64,000 bases of DNA, taken from Mobula hypostoma (taxonomy: Eukaryota). The translations under genes were made by a program, and so were the position numbers. Shown piece by piece: positions 37,852-50,420 of this stretch (within the stretch, counting starts at the first letter, position 1; every line of letters begins with the position of its first letter). Where the stretch lies: assembly GCF_963921235.1 (NCBI RefSeq), contig NC_086108.1:62870001-62934000 (forward strand), written 5' to 3'. The notes beneath the pieces were generated by a model. It did no database searches. It saw only the letters and a list, made by a program, of their open reading frames with translations, and was not told where the DNA came from.

Positions 37852-39007
37852 AAGTAGTAGTTTTACCTTTGCCACTCTACAGTCTGCAAGTACTGTTCCA
37901 TAGATGTTTGGAAGATGACCACAATTGCATGTATTATTTCCAGATCCACTTCATAGTTCAGCTGGATACAGATTATCAGGCCTGATGATCTGTCAGCCTT
38001 AAATCCAAGTGTTTTTCCCAGCACTTTTTCTTTAGTTCTCCTTTTTATTTTAGTTCCTCCCTGTCACCTAGCCCTGATTTTCTTATATATTTAGGTAGCT
38101 ATTTATATCCTTTTTTTGTGAAATGTTTAAATCTTTAACCACTTTTTTTTCATCCTTATTATGATTTCCACTGTTTCTGACTGCAGAGGACTTGACCCTT
38201 TTTTTCTTCACATATTCCTCAGCCAAGAACACTGAAAGATAGAATGCAGGTAAAGCAAGTAATTAGGTAAATAAATAAAATATTGGCCTTTATTGCAGAG
38301 AGATATGGGGCAAAAGTCTTGTTAAAACTGCTGAGGACTTCTGCTATACCACACTTGGACTACTTTATCTAACTTTGAATTTTGGAAATCATCTCTGGGT
38401 GACAAGAGACCTAGCTGAGGATAGTTAGTACCCGAGTGCAGGCGTGTCCGAGACCAGAATTGAGACACAATACAAGACTGAAATGAAGACCAGGTTCTAA
38501 ACTAGACAGTGGACGAGAATCCAAAGTTGAGCTGATGATTGAGCACTGAACCTCATTTCAGGTGCCAAAATCTGGCCAACAATTAGCGGCCAGAGTCTGC
38601 TATCCATATTCCAGAGTGTTAGACCATCTAAATCCTGCAGACTGGCAATGTTAGATGTGTGTCGTAACAGCCAGATGCTGTTTGATATTGTCTCAATTGA
38701 GGGAATCAAAAATTAGATAAATCTCAGGATTAAGGGATCAAATTTAAGATTGAGAAAAGAAGGATTTGTTCTCTCACGGCATTGTAAATTTGAGATAATG
38801 TATCCTCGAGAGATATGGATGTATGTTCATTCCTTGAATGTATTCAAGGTCAAGATAGGTGGATATTTGAACTGTAAAGAAATTAGGTGTAATGAGAATT
38901 AGCCAGTAAAGTGGAGTTGAAGTCAATAATGAAAGTCATAATTTTATAATTATATACCAGTGCAAGTTCAATGACTGTGAGGCTTCATTCGGCCTCACAT
39001 TCTTATA

Positions 39008-39160
39008 CAGTTGACCTTCACTAATCCGACTACCTGTAATCCGGTTCCTTCAGTAAACCGGCACTGATTATGCTTAATGTGATCTTTCTGTAATTTGACA
39101 TTTTCACTAATCCAGCACTCCTCAGGTCCCAATGGTGCCGGATTAGTGAAGGTCAACCTG
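39008..39160. mobile_element. Tc1/mariner (Tigger/pogo-type) MITE
   Basis: TIR CAGTTGACCTTCACTAATCCG / CGGATTAGTGAAGGTCAACCTG with TA on both flanks. Confidence 0.9.
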
Positions 39161-39904
39161 TATTGTTATACCCTTGATAGTCATTGCCTTTTGAAGTTCA
39201 TGCGCCAGAATTATAGATTTTGCAGGACTTGCTATTGTCTTTTTCTTATCAAGCAAATAGGCTAATGACAGTAAAGCTTTAAATTTTATACAGTACTACT
39301 GTGTATACAACTAATCTCAATTAAGAGTTTAATAAATAGCTGTTGCCCTGAATCATGATTTAGTACGCATTTGTTTTAATTTTGGTATAAAAGAATATTC
39401 ACATTCATAAATTTACATTTCTACTTGGAAAATTAATTTCAGAACTTAATAATGGATATTTAGCTGAGATAAAATCCATGGTAGTCTAGAGCCCACATTG
39501 TCCCAAATACTGATATTCTCCAATTGGGAAAATATTGTGGTAAAATATTATACTTTGTCAGTTGTGATTTTTTTTGCTTTCAAGGAATTCTGGAATAGTC
39601 ATGCTGGAATATCTATTCCATGGTGTAATTTTAGATTGGTACATTTTTTTTTACTGTAAGTACTCAGCTAACCTGCAGTTAACAGACATGTTATTTTGTA
39701 TGAGAATTATTCAGTATTAAAGTTCAGGGACAATGAAATGCATATTCAATTTTGACTCCAGTTGAATTATTTTATAAAGTGCAGGCATGAATTTTCATTT
39801 TATGTACTTAACATTTCTGAGAAGCTTGAACCTTTGTACATTTTGCTTATGTAGGATTCTGAAGCAATAAGTTTTTACTAGTGAATATTATTCAGCAGGA
39901 TTAT

Positions 39905-40070
39905 ATGAAATCTGAAATAAAATCAGAAAGCTCAGTTCAGACAGCATCTGTGGAGAGACAAACGGAATTAGCATTTCAATTCAGTGACCTTTCTTCAGAA
40001 TTGGAAAAGTGAGAAAGCAATCATGTTTAATGTTGCAGGCGAAGAGGGAACGAAAGGAATCTCTGTGAAT
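39905..40070 (-). mobile_element. Old PLE end with degenerate hammerhead-like motif
   Basis: CAGCATCTGTGGAGAGA...; minus strand TCTGAAGAAAGGTCACTGAATTGAAA. Confidence 0.55.
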
Positions 40071-40153
40071 CTACCATGAATCTACCATGATCACAATGTC
40101 AGAAGAAGCTGAAAGGACCAAAAGGCCTACTCCTGTTTCGTTTTTAATGTTTG

Positions 40154-40772
40154 TGTAGCCTGGGGAAAGTACACGCTCAGGACAACAAAGACTTTTTTGG
40201 GTTTTAATTCCTTTATCGGTTTTCGATGTTTAAGTGCCAGAAGAGGGTCGCGAAACAAAACGAACGAATTACAACCGGTTCTTGCCATTACAATCACAGT
40301 TTACCTTTCGATCGACACCCTCGTGTATGGACAGAATTGTGTATGCAGCATAAAAATACACCAGAACTAATACGGTACAAATACGGTAGTGACGATCCTA
40401 CTTGGATAGTGAGGAACTTTGCCCAAGCCACGCGATCCAGCGTTGAGTCATTCACTCGAGAAAATCTTTCCTCACCCTGCCCAGCCTCGGGAGGAACCCA
40501 GGTTCCAACACCTAACCACGTCTTCAGCAGAAAGCAAAATGGTCTCCCCACTATCCCACGCATGCGTAATGACATCACCATCTCCCTTAAAGGCACAGAC
40601 AACTATTCTAGCATTACCCCGATGGATGCCCAAGTACACTTTTAACGATACTGAATAAGATCCGATGGTCACCCGGTTACATTTGTATGTGCTAAATGCA
40701 AATAAGGAGAGAATAGGTGAGAACGGAGTGCAGGAAGTGAAGCAAGCATGATTGCTGGCCCTGTTAACCACA
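40154..40772 (-). mobile_element. Probable solo LTR
   Basis: Minus strand TGTGGTTAA...GGCTACA, CpG-rich relative to flanks, ATTAAA about 45 nt before the end. No convincing TSD. Confidence 0.55.
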
Positions 40773-40959
40773 GTAGAGGAAAAACCATGGCTAAAAAACT
40801 TACAAGGCTGTATTTTCTCCCATTCTGTATTTAGGCATTCACTCTATATAGTTTCTATGACTCTGCTGTAGCTGCTTTGATGATGAAACTTCCCATGCTA
40901 ATGCTTTTTGAATGGCTTCCTTTTTTGAAGAAAGATTGGGCAGGGTAAGCATATAAGCA

Positions 40960-41232
40960 ACACACATAAAAGTTGCTGGTGAACGCAGCAGGCCAGGCAG
41001 CATCCCTAGGAAGAGGTATAGTCGATGTTTTGGGCCAAGACCCTTCGTCAGGACTAACTGAAAGAAGAGCTAGTAAGAGATTTGAAAGTGGGAGGGGGAG
41101 GGGAGATCCAAAATGATAGGAGAATACAGGAGGGGGAGGGATGGAGCCAAGAGCTGGACAGTTGATTGGCAAAAGGGATATGAGAGGATCATGGGATGGG
41201 AGGCCTAGGAAGAAAGAAAGGGGGAGGGGGGA
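40960..41232 (-). mobile_element. PLE end fragment with 13-bp flanking direct repeat
   Basis: Near-identical to 7523-7805. AAGCATATAAGCA at 40947-40959 and 41233-41245. Confidence 0.85.
41020..41055 (-). ncRNA. Minimal type I hammerhead motif, core mutated
   Basis: Minus strand AGUC-CUGACGA-A-GGG-UCUUGG-CCC-AAAA-CAUC-GACU. Confidence 0.6.
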
Positions 41233-41430
41233 AAGCATATAAGCACTGAAGCTTAAAAGTGTGAGAAGGATCTTAGCTGAAAGGTATCAGGTCCTGAAAG
41301 ATCCTGACAGGATGAAAAACAGGACTATTTTTCCTCGTTAAGTATTATTGGTCTTTGGAACAGAACACTGTTCTTCAAAGGACAATGGAAGCAGAGTATG
41401 AATATTTTAAGGCAGAAGTAGACAAGTAGA

Positions 41431-42258
41431 CAAGATAGATAGATAGATAGATAGATATACTTCATTAATCCCAAGGGAAATCTGGTTTTGTTACAGCTGC
41501 ACCAACCAAGAATAGAGCGTAAATATAGCAATACAAAAAACCCCAACAATCAAACACCAAAATGCAAACTATGCCAGGTGGAAAGTAAGTCCAGGACCAG
41601 TCTATTGGCTCAGGGTGTCTGACCCTCCACGGGAGGAGCTGCACGTTCGATGGCCACAGGCAGGAACGACGTCCCGTGCCGCCAAGTGTTGTATCACGGT
41701 GGAATGTGGCCGAAGTCCAACAGTAAAAAGTTCAATATCCAGTCTGCAAACCCGTTCCTAGATCGTAATATACCCCGGATTGCACCATCCGTTGTTAACC
41801 AGAACAGTAAGCACCCAATTCCTTTACACTTACCACTCTCAGTGCACTTCCGGTCAGCCGGAATGGTATTACCCACCGAACTCCTCTTCTCCAAGAGTCT
41901 CTGTTGTCTCGACCCGGTCCTCTTTCCTCGGCTTTGTGATCCCCCTCTGAGTGCTTTCCTCTGGATTTCAGCAGGGGTGTCCACTGCTCCGTTCGCTAAG
42001 CCGGTCGGTCTTTGCTGGTCCGCGGAATGCACAATGCGACCTTGCTTCTGTCCTGCTTGTCGGGATGTAATCATTTCCAGCGCTAAAGAAAACCCAAATA
42101 AAACTCTGTCTACCAGCATGTTAGAGAGGGTGCAGCTTCGACGTGTTACCGTGAGAAAAAAAATACAAAAAATAACGTAAATTAAAAAGTAAGAAGAAGA
42201 AAGTAAGAATAGATCGGAACGGCTGTACCAGACTGCATGCATGACCGGCACATGTGCA
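41431..42258 (-). mobile_element. Internally deleted Rex1-type LINE derivative with (TATC)n tail, inserted in an old CR1 3' fragment
   Basis: (GATA)n at 41434-41459. Minus ORF has a basic N-terminal segment QRKALRGG..KRTGSRQQRLLEKR fused to 3'UTR-like sequence, with no RT. Confidence 0.6.
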
Positions 42259-43069
42259 CATTCAAGAAAGGGGTTGAATGATTATGAGGTAGGTAGAAAT
42301 ACGGTATGATCTTCTTGAATGGTACAGCAGACTGAGAGGCTTGCACCTGATCCCAATTTGGATGGTTGTATATACTTTGGGTCCCAGCTGCAGTTGTGTT
42401 TCCTAAAATCGAAATGCCATTTAAGTTGTTGGAAAGAGTAAAACAGAGTGTCAAAATGTACGTTAAGCAGCAAAATGGATGCCCTGTATTCATCAATGGA
42501 TATCCACTGTCCCTTATATACAAAGTAAACATTAAAGTAAACATATCTTGGTTTGGGAAACAATTAGTAGCTGTGAGGACTAAATGTCTTGAAAGATCAG
42601 GGTCAATTAGTCCAAGGGTATCTGTACAATATATGAATTCCTGAAGAACTATTAGACACTCCAGTCATTGTATGGAAAAAGGGTCATATTCCAGGGAATT
42701 AATACCCCATTCTCAACAGGTAATTTTCGCTGTATTCTATTATTGATATCTGCAGATGCTGCTACAACTTCTTGCAACAATCGTTTGTTGTTCTAAAATC
42801 TTCTGGGCCATGCTAGTAGCTGGTGAAACTTAGCGGACTTTAGCTGAATTTATAAATGCACCTTTCATCCTCACAGCTACAGTACCTCAACTGCATATCC
42901 ACGAAACACAGGTTTTGATCTTGGGGTATCCATCCCTTGCCCATAGATATGTCCCTGATAAATGTACATTTATCAGTATTCTCCTTTTAAAAAAATGACT
43001 TACATTGCTATATTTCCTTGCATAAGCCAATGTCCTTTAGAGATGTGGCAACCATTTTGTATTTATAGA

Positions 43070-43185
43070 GGTTTCACAAGCAGCAATATGAATATAACCA
43101 GCTAATCTGTTTCAGGGATATTAACTGAGGGATAAATATTGCCCAGGATCCTGAGCTGAACACCCCAGAGCTTTTTATTCTTTTA
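43070..43185 (-). mobile_element. Deu-domain SINE remnant (SacSINE1/AmnSINE1-like)
   Basis: CAGCAAT...ACCAGCTAATCTGTTT...TGAGGGATAAATATTGCCCAGGA resembles the reverse complement of the Deu core. Confidence 0.6.
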
Positions 43186-43507
43186 ACTGTAAACTGCTAT
43201 ACGTGCAGTTCTTCTTTTCTACAAAGTTTGTTGATTTTCTAATTTGATGACAGCCATACACTTTAGAGTTTTTTTCTCCTTAGCAGCTGTTCATTTTTAT
43301 TGTGGTGGGTGAGCTGTTTAAATTGTAGGGTTCCACCCTTCCAACAAAACAAAGCTGTAAAAAAAAATCTTGTTTGTAGAGTGTTTCAGTGAAGACCGAG
43401 ACTCTTCTGTTCCATTGCAATCATCATAATTATTGGATTGTTGGTGTCCCAACTCTTTATTATTAGCAATAAATGGACTGGAAATATAAATTGTTATAAT
43501 TAAGTTA

Positions 43508-43887
43508 AGGTGGTGGGGTAGAGATATGTCTCTACCAAAGGAGGTGTAAGGTGTTCCTTTCCTCTGCTAGCCTGCAGGTCACCCTTGAGCAAGGTGTAAT
43601 ACATGCTTAACCCGCTGATCAGAGTCATGCAAAGCCATTGGAGTAGATAGTCGTATGAGTAGCGGGTACATATCACAAGTCCTGCTTGTGTGACCACTGA
43701 TACCAGGCAGACAATCTCTGAAGAGTATTGGTAATGGCTGGGGTCACCCGTCTTGTAAAGACACTGCCCAGAAGAAGGCAATGGCAAACCACTTGTGCAG
43801 AAGAAATTGCCAAAAACAATGATGGTCATGGATAGACCATGATCACCTACATCATAGGACATGGCACATAATGATGATGATGATGAT
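43508..43887 (+). mobile_element. Short non-autonomous retroelement with RTE-type motif and (ATG)n tail
   Basis: Same family as 22920-23270. AGAAGAAGGCAATGGCAAACCAC motif, tail ATAATGATGATGATGAT. Confidence 0.75.
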
Positions 43888-44569
43888 AAATATTTAACAT
43901 GTCCTAGATGTTATGAAATTAATAATTCCAAAAGAAACATTCCTGGAGTAAGCAGACTGGAATTCTTATTGTTAGCTTAGTTTAAGTGTTGATGAAGATT
44001 ACAATGATTAATGACATAATGTTTGAATTGTAGGCTATACTAAGAAAAATTGTATAAGTCTTTGCTTCGTGCGATAATATTTGTGCAATATTTTCTTCAT
44101 TGACATTTTATTAACTTGGTCATTTCCTTTGAGTCAGCAATAAATTTTGTTTTTAATCTCACCAGTGTAAATTAAAGTTGCCAGACAGCTTAATGAGCAG
44201 TAACAGGTTTAAACAGGGTTGCTCCTGATCTTGTAAAATTCCACAATACTTCTTCAATTCTAAGTGGTATTTTTTTTGGCAGTAATAAGTGCACGTTATC
44301 TATCTCCTGACTATGCTATAAGATAAACAAAATGATAGATGCAAGGAATCAGCTGCAATTAAGCGTGCTTAGTAATTCTACTGCAGATTTTGGATAATGG
44401 ATAAAAAAATAATAAAAGGAATAGTTGCTGCACCCACACCCTCTACACTTATAAATACTCCACAGTAGTATTTTGGCTGTAACAAACAGCATCATATTGA
44501 GAGGGCTGAAAATCTATTGAGTGCTCAGAGGGGAAAAATCAAATCAACTTTTACCTTATTTTAAACGTG

Positions 44570-47500
44570 GAACATAGAACAGTACAGCATAGTACAGGCC
44601 CCTCAGCCCACAATGTTGTGCTGGCCCTTAAACCTTGCCTCCCATATAACCCCCCACCTTATTTCCTCCATATACCTGTCCAGTAGTCTCTTAAATTTCA
44701 CTAGTGTATCTGCCTCCACCACTGACTCAGGCAGTGCATTCCACGCACCAACCACTCTCTGAGTAAAGAACCTTCCTCTAGTATCCCCCTTCAACTTCCC
44801 ACCCCTTACCTTAAAGCCATGTCCTCTTGTACTGAGCAGTGGTGCCCTGGGGAAGAGGTGCTGGCTGTCCTCTCTATTTAATCCTCTTGATATCTTGTAT
44901 ACCTCTATCATGTCTCCTCTCATTCTCCTTCTCTCCAGAGTAAAGCCCTAGCTCCCTTAATCTCTGATCATAATGCATACTCTCTAAACCAGGCAGCATC
45001 CTGGTAAATCTCCTCTGTACCCTTTCCAATGCTTCCACATCCTTCCTATAGTGAGGCGACCAGAACTGGACACAGTACTCCAAGTGTGGCCTAACCAGGG
45101 TTTTATAGAGCTGCATCATTACCCTGCGACTCTTAAACTCTATCCCTCGACTTATGAAAGCTTTCTTAACTACCCTATCTACCTGTGAGGCAACTTTCAG
45201 GGATCTGTGGACATGTACCCCGAGATCCCTCAGCTCCTCCACACTTCCAAGTATCCTACCATTTACTTTGTACTCTGCCTTGGAGTTTGTCCTTCCAAAG
45301 TGTACCACCTCACGCTTCTCCGGGTCAAACTCCATCTGCCACTTCTCAGCCCATTTCTGCATCTTATCAATGTCTTTCTGCAATCTTCGACAATCCTCTA
45401 CACTATCCACAACACCACCAATCTTTGTTTCGTCTGCAAACTTACCAACCCACCCTTCTACCTCCACATTCAGGTCGTTAATAAAAATCACAAAAAGTAG
45501 AGGTCCCAGAACCGATCCTTGTGGGACACTAGTCACAACTCTCCAATCCGAATGTACTCCCTCCACCATGACCCTCTGCTTTCTGCAGGCAAGCCAATTC
45601 TGAATCCACCTGGCCAAACTTCCCTGGATCCCATGCCTCTGACTTTCTGAATAAGCCTACAGTTTGGAACCTTGTCAAATGCCTTGTCATATGCCTGGTC
45701 ACCTCCTCAAAGAACTCTATCAGGCTTGTTAGACATGATCTTCCCTTCACAAAGCCATGCTGACCATCCCTGTTCAGACCATGATTCTCTAAATGCCCAT
45801 AGATCCTCTCTCTAAGAATCTTTTCCAACAGCTTTCCCACCACAGATGTAAGGCTCACTGGTCTATAATTACCCAGACTATCTCGCTTACCTTTTTTGAA
45901 CAAAGGGACAACATTTGCCTCCCTCCAATCCTCCGGTACCATTCCCGTGGACAACGAGGACATAAAGATCCTAGCCAGAGGCTCAGCAATCTCTTCCCTC
46001 ACCTCGTGGAGCAGCCTGGGGAATATTCTTCAGGCCCCGGGGACTTATCTGTCCTAATGTATTTTAACAACTCCAACACCTCCTCTCCCTTAATATCAAC
46101 ATGCTCCAGAACATCAACCTTACTCATATTGTCCTCACTGTCATCAAGTTCCCTCTCATTGGTGAATACCAAAGAGAAGTATTCATTGAGGACCTCGCTC
46201 ACTTCCACAGCCTCCAGGCATGTCTTCCCATCTTTATCTCTAATCGGTCCTACCTTCACTCCTGTCATCCTTTTGTTCTTTGCATAATTGAAGAATGCCT
46301 TGGGGTTTTCCTTTACCCTATTCACCAAGGCCTTCTCATGCCCCCTTCTTGCTTTCCTCAGCCCCTTCTTAAGCTCCTTTCTTGCAAACCTATATTCCTC
46401 AATGGACCCATCTGATCCTTGCTTCCTAAACCTCATGTATACTGCCTTCTTCCACCTGACTAGATTCTCCACCTCACTTGTCATCCATGGTTCCTTCACC
46501 CTACCATTCTTTATCTTCCTCACTGGGACAAATTTATCCCTAACATCCTGCAGGAGATCCCTAAACATCGACCACATGTCCATAGTACATTTCCCTGCAA
46601 AAACATCATCCCAATCCACACCCATAAGTTCTAGCCTTGTAGCCTCATAATTTGCACTCCCCAATTAAAAATTTTCCTGTCCTCTCTGATTCTGTCCTTT
46701 TCCATGATAATGTTAAAGGCCAGGGAGCGGTGGTCACTGTCCCCCAGATGCTCACCCACTGAGAGATCTGTGACCTGACCCAGTTCGATACCTAGTACTA
46801 GATCTAGTATGGCATTCCCCCTAGTCGGCCTGTCAAAATACTGTGACAGGAATCCGTCCTGGACACACTTAACAAAGTCTGCCCCATCTAAACCATTGGA
46901 ACTAATCAGGTGCCAATCAATATTAGGGAAGTTAATGTCACTAATGATAACAACCCTGTTATTTTTGCACCTTTCCAAAATCTTCCTCCCCATCTGCTCC
47001 TCGGTATCTCTGCTGCTACCAGGGGGCCTATAGAATACTCCTAATAGAGTAACTGCTCCCTTCCTGTTCCTGACTTCTACCCATACTGACTCAAAAGAAG
47101 ATCCTGCTACATTACCCACCCTTTCTGTAGCTGTAATAGTATGCCTGACCAGTAATTCCACCCCTCCTCCCCTCCCCCCCCCATCCCTTTTAAAGCACTG
47201 AAATCCAGGAATATTGAGAATCCATTCCTGCCCTGGTGCCAGCCAAGTCTCTGTAATGGCCACTACATCATAATTCCATGTATGTATCCAAGCTCTCAGT
47301 TCATCACCTTTGTTCCTGATGCTTCTTGCATTGAAGTACATGCACTTTAGCCCTTCTACCTTACTACCTTTACACCCTTTATTCTGTTTCTCTTTCCTCA
47401 AAGCCTCTTTATATGTTAGATCTGGCTTTACTCCATGCACTATACTTGCAGTTCTCACATGACCTCTATCCTCCTCCACCTCACTATCTGCTCTAACACT

Positions 47501-47746
47501 CTAGTTCCCCTCCCCCTGCAAATCTAGTTTAAATCCCCCGGAGCAGCACTAGCAAACTTTCCCGCAAGGATGTTAGTCCCCCTCCAGTTCAGGTGCAACC
47601 TGTCCCATCGGAACGCCCCACCTTCCCTGGAACAAGGCCCAATTGTCCAGAAACATGAAGCCCCCCCTCCTGCACCAACTCCTTAGCTGCATTATCTTCC
47701 TATTTCTAGCCTCACTAGCACGTGGCATGGGTAGCAATCCTGAGAT
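44570..47746 (-). mobile_element. Long CR1 LINE: ORF1 end, APE, RT and 3' tail, frameshifted
   Basis: ORF1-like LRSWCRRGGFMFLDNWALF, APE FNARSIRNK/AITETW/YRPP/LGDSDH, RT QHGF/PQGSVLGP/FADETK. Short deletion at the YMDF motif near 45685. Confidence 0.95.
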
Positions 47747-47771
47747 TCTCCAAGAACAAAGGTATATAGCC

Positions 47772-47910
47772 CTTTTCCAGTCCAGAGAAAGGGTCTCAGC
47801 CCAAAATGCCAACTGTCCATTTTGCTACACAGATTCTACCTGATCACTGAATTCCTCCAGTGTCTTGTTAATTGCTTCAACTTTTGGCATCTGCAGTCTC
47901 TTGTGTTTCC
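47772..47910 (+). mobile_element. Degenerate PLE end with decayed hammerhead
   Basis: AGTCCAGAGAAAGGGTCTCAGCCCAAAATGCCAACT ... GCATCTGCAGTCTCTTGTG. Confidence 0.65.
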
Positions 47911-48180
47911 TTTGATGAGTTAGCATCGGATTTATCTGTCTGAATCCAGCAAATTGACCATTTAAATATATATAATACACCTATCAAAAATACAGCTTTT
48001 TTCACAGAATCTATAATTTTAGAATGCATTCGGTTTAATCTGCAAATATCTCCTTTTACCACTGAAATGTCCAGGTGTGAGTGCTGTGGCCCGTCTTTTT
48101 GTGGCAGCTGTAAATCGGAATAATTTGAAAGCTCACTAACAGCTGTGCTTTTTTTCTAGCAAAACTTTTAAAATTAGTAT

Positions 48181-49057
48181 TGTTACGTACCCCGTAACTG
48201 GGTTGCCAAACCAGCAGAAATGGATCACTCAGTTGGAGTCTGGATTACTAGATCTAAGAAAGTTTTATTCAAGAAACAAGCAACACAGTAATCGAAAGGA
48301 TAATAAGTGCAACAGTTCAGCAATGATAAACACACATGTGCACAGAATTAAGATAACAGGATCAATCAAGCTCTATTGTTGTCTAGGGGTAAATGACCAA
48401 TTTCAAAGTGATACAAAGTCCAGTTCAATTTAGTTCAGTTCGCAGTAATCGTTGCCATGGCGATGGACAATGTGGGGGGAAGGAGAGAGAGAACAAGAAC
48501 GAATGATCATTCAAAACAGCTTCCACACACAGACCTGCGATATTGCTCACAAGCAGCTTTCGGGCGAGTCCTTTGTGATGTCACCTGAGGTCACCAACTG
48601 TGACCCCTCCTCCAGATGCGGTCGATCCTCTGCAGTGAACCTGGCACCCAAGCAAGGGTGGACACACACCGGGTTCCCACTGATAGTACCTTTCCACCCT
48701 GTGCGTCTATGGCTTGGTTCCACAACCAGCCTTCCAAAACGACTCCCGCCGACTTGCGGGGGGGCACAGCTTCCAGGGTCTCGTTACCTCGTGGTGTCGT
48801 GTGTGTCCTGCCTTAGCGAACCTGTCCCTTTTTATCCCCCTGCTGGGGCATCGCCTGTCCATCACTTCAAACAGTTCAGGGTTCAAAGGGGGAGCCGCTC
48901 TAGACAGCTCTCCTTCCCCTTCATTACACATCTCCAAATGCTGCTCCATTGTTCCTTATCTCTCCCTCCCCTGAGGACAGGTGGCAGACCAACTGCTGAT
49001 GCCACTGGTGCTAGCCCAGGCCAGCAAACATCTTAATTTATGTGTATTCTCGTCACA
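48181..49057 (-). mobile_element. Solo LTR (877 bp), Gypsy-type
   Basis: Ends TGTTACG...CGTCACA (short inverted termini) with 4-bp TSD GTAT on both sides. AATAAA on the minus strand near 48263. Confidence 0.88.
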
Positions 49058-50087
49058 GTATTTAATATTTAACTTATTGGAAGTTGTTGTACCGTTCACT
49101 TTAGACCTTTTTATCTCCCTAGCAGCCATTCATTTTTAATGCGGTGAATGAACTGTTTAGATTATAGGGTTACATCCTTTCAACAGAACAAAGCTGTTGA
49201 AAAAAACTTGGTGGTAGACTGTTTCAGTGAATGAAAGTGATTGTTAGTCAGACAGTGTATACATCTTTTGCATTCCTTCAGTAGTTGCATAGAAGAGCAG
49301 ACTATCTGATGGATGGAAGTGACCAACGACTTTGATAGAGGCAGATGCCAAGTTTTTAAGCTCACCAGTGGGAGGTGGTGCTTTAGCACTGCTGGCCCCC
49401 CACCTCAAGGGGATCTTGATCATAAATGGGCTGAAACTCCTGAAGACAGGTAGCAGATCAACTGATGATCCTACTGGTGATAGCACAGGACAGTTAAGAT
49501 CTTAGTCCACTTGTATTTTCAACTTTTGTACCATTTAACAAACTTATTTCTTGACAGTCTTAAGCACTTTTACCCCTCTTGCAAATTTTCAATAAAACGA
49601 CATGATATATTGTCACAGAGAATCTAGCCAATTGTGGCAACTGCTGATATTAACAACTAAGTTTTATATAGACTGATATTTCAGAAGCTAAATTGTTCCC
49701 AATAATCTACTTACTAAGTGAAGAAGATTCTTGAGCAATGCTTAACAGAGGTGAGATTCTGTGGGCACAATAGAGACCTGGAAGGTATGTTGCCTGCCAG
49801 GTGCCAGGGTCAGGGATATCTCTGATCGGTCTACAGCATTCAAAAGGGGGAAGGTGAGTAGCCAGACGTCTTGGTACATATTAGCACCAATGACAGAAGT
49901 AGAAAAGGTTGGAGGTCCTGAAGAGAGATATTAGGGAGCTAGGTAGAAAGCTGAAAAACAGGACCTCTAAGGTAGTAATGTCTGGATTGCTGCCTGTGCC
50001 ACATACCCGTGAGGGTAAGAGTAGGATGATTTGAAAGATGAATGCATGGTTGAGGAACTGGTGTAGGGGACAGGGGTTCAGATTTAG

Positions 50088-50420
50088 AAACGTAGAAAAC
50101 CTACAGCACAATACAGGCCCTTCGGCCCACAAAGTTGTGCTGAACATGTTTCTACCTTAGAAATTACTAGGGTTACCCATAGCCCTCTGTTTTTCTAAGC
50201 TCCATGTACCTATCCAAAAGTCTCTTAAGAGACCTTATTGTATCCGCCTCCACCACCGTTGCTGGCAGCCCACTCCACGCACTCACCACTCTCTGCGTAA
50301 AAGAAACTTAACCCTGACATCTCCTTCGTACCCACTCCCAAGCACCTTAAACCTGTGCCCTCTTGTGGCAACCATTTCAGCCCTGGGGAAAATCCTCTGA
50401 CTATCCACACAATCAATGCC
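50088..50420 (-). mobile_element. CR1 3' terminus inserted antisense into CR1 ORF1
   Basis: AGAAACGTAGAAAACCTACAGCACAATACAGGCCCTTCGGCCC tail. Confidence 0.85.

Larger units (their letters stand above)
35400..38220 (-). mobile_element. Old decayed CR1 RT (35400-35985 and about 37850-38220) split by later insertions
   Basis: KCVVVHFG...DYYLN..RLGK motif and GAAGTCCAAATACA (VYLDF) on the left piece, GGCCTGATGATCTGTCAGCCTTAA (LKADRSSG) on the right piece. Confidence 0.6.

Noticed and set aside
43508..43650. HDV-like ribozyme at the 5' end of the RTE-type short element
   Set aside because: A P4-like hairpin is visible, but I could not identify the L3 loop, P1.1 or catalytic J4/2 strand.
48452..49036. 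194-aa ORF
   Set aside because: Lies within a GC-rich solo LTR and has no recognisable domain.
49314..49450. Possible coding exon (MEVTNDFDRGRCQ...ETPEDR with AG|GTAGCA)
   Set aside because: Short, weak donor and no recognisable homology.
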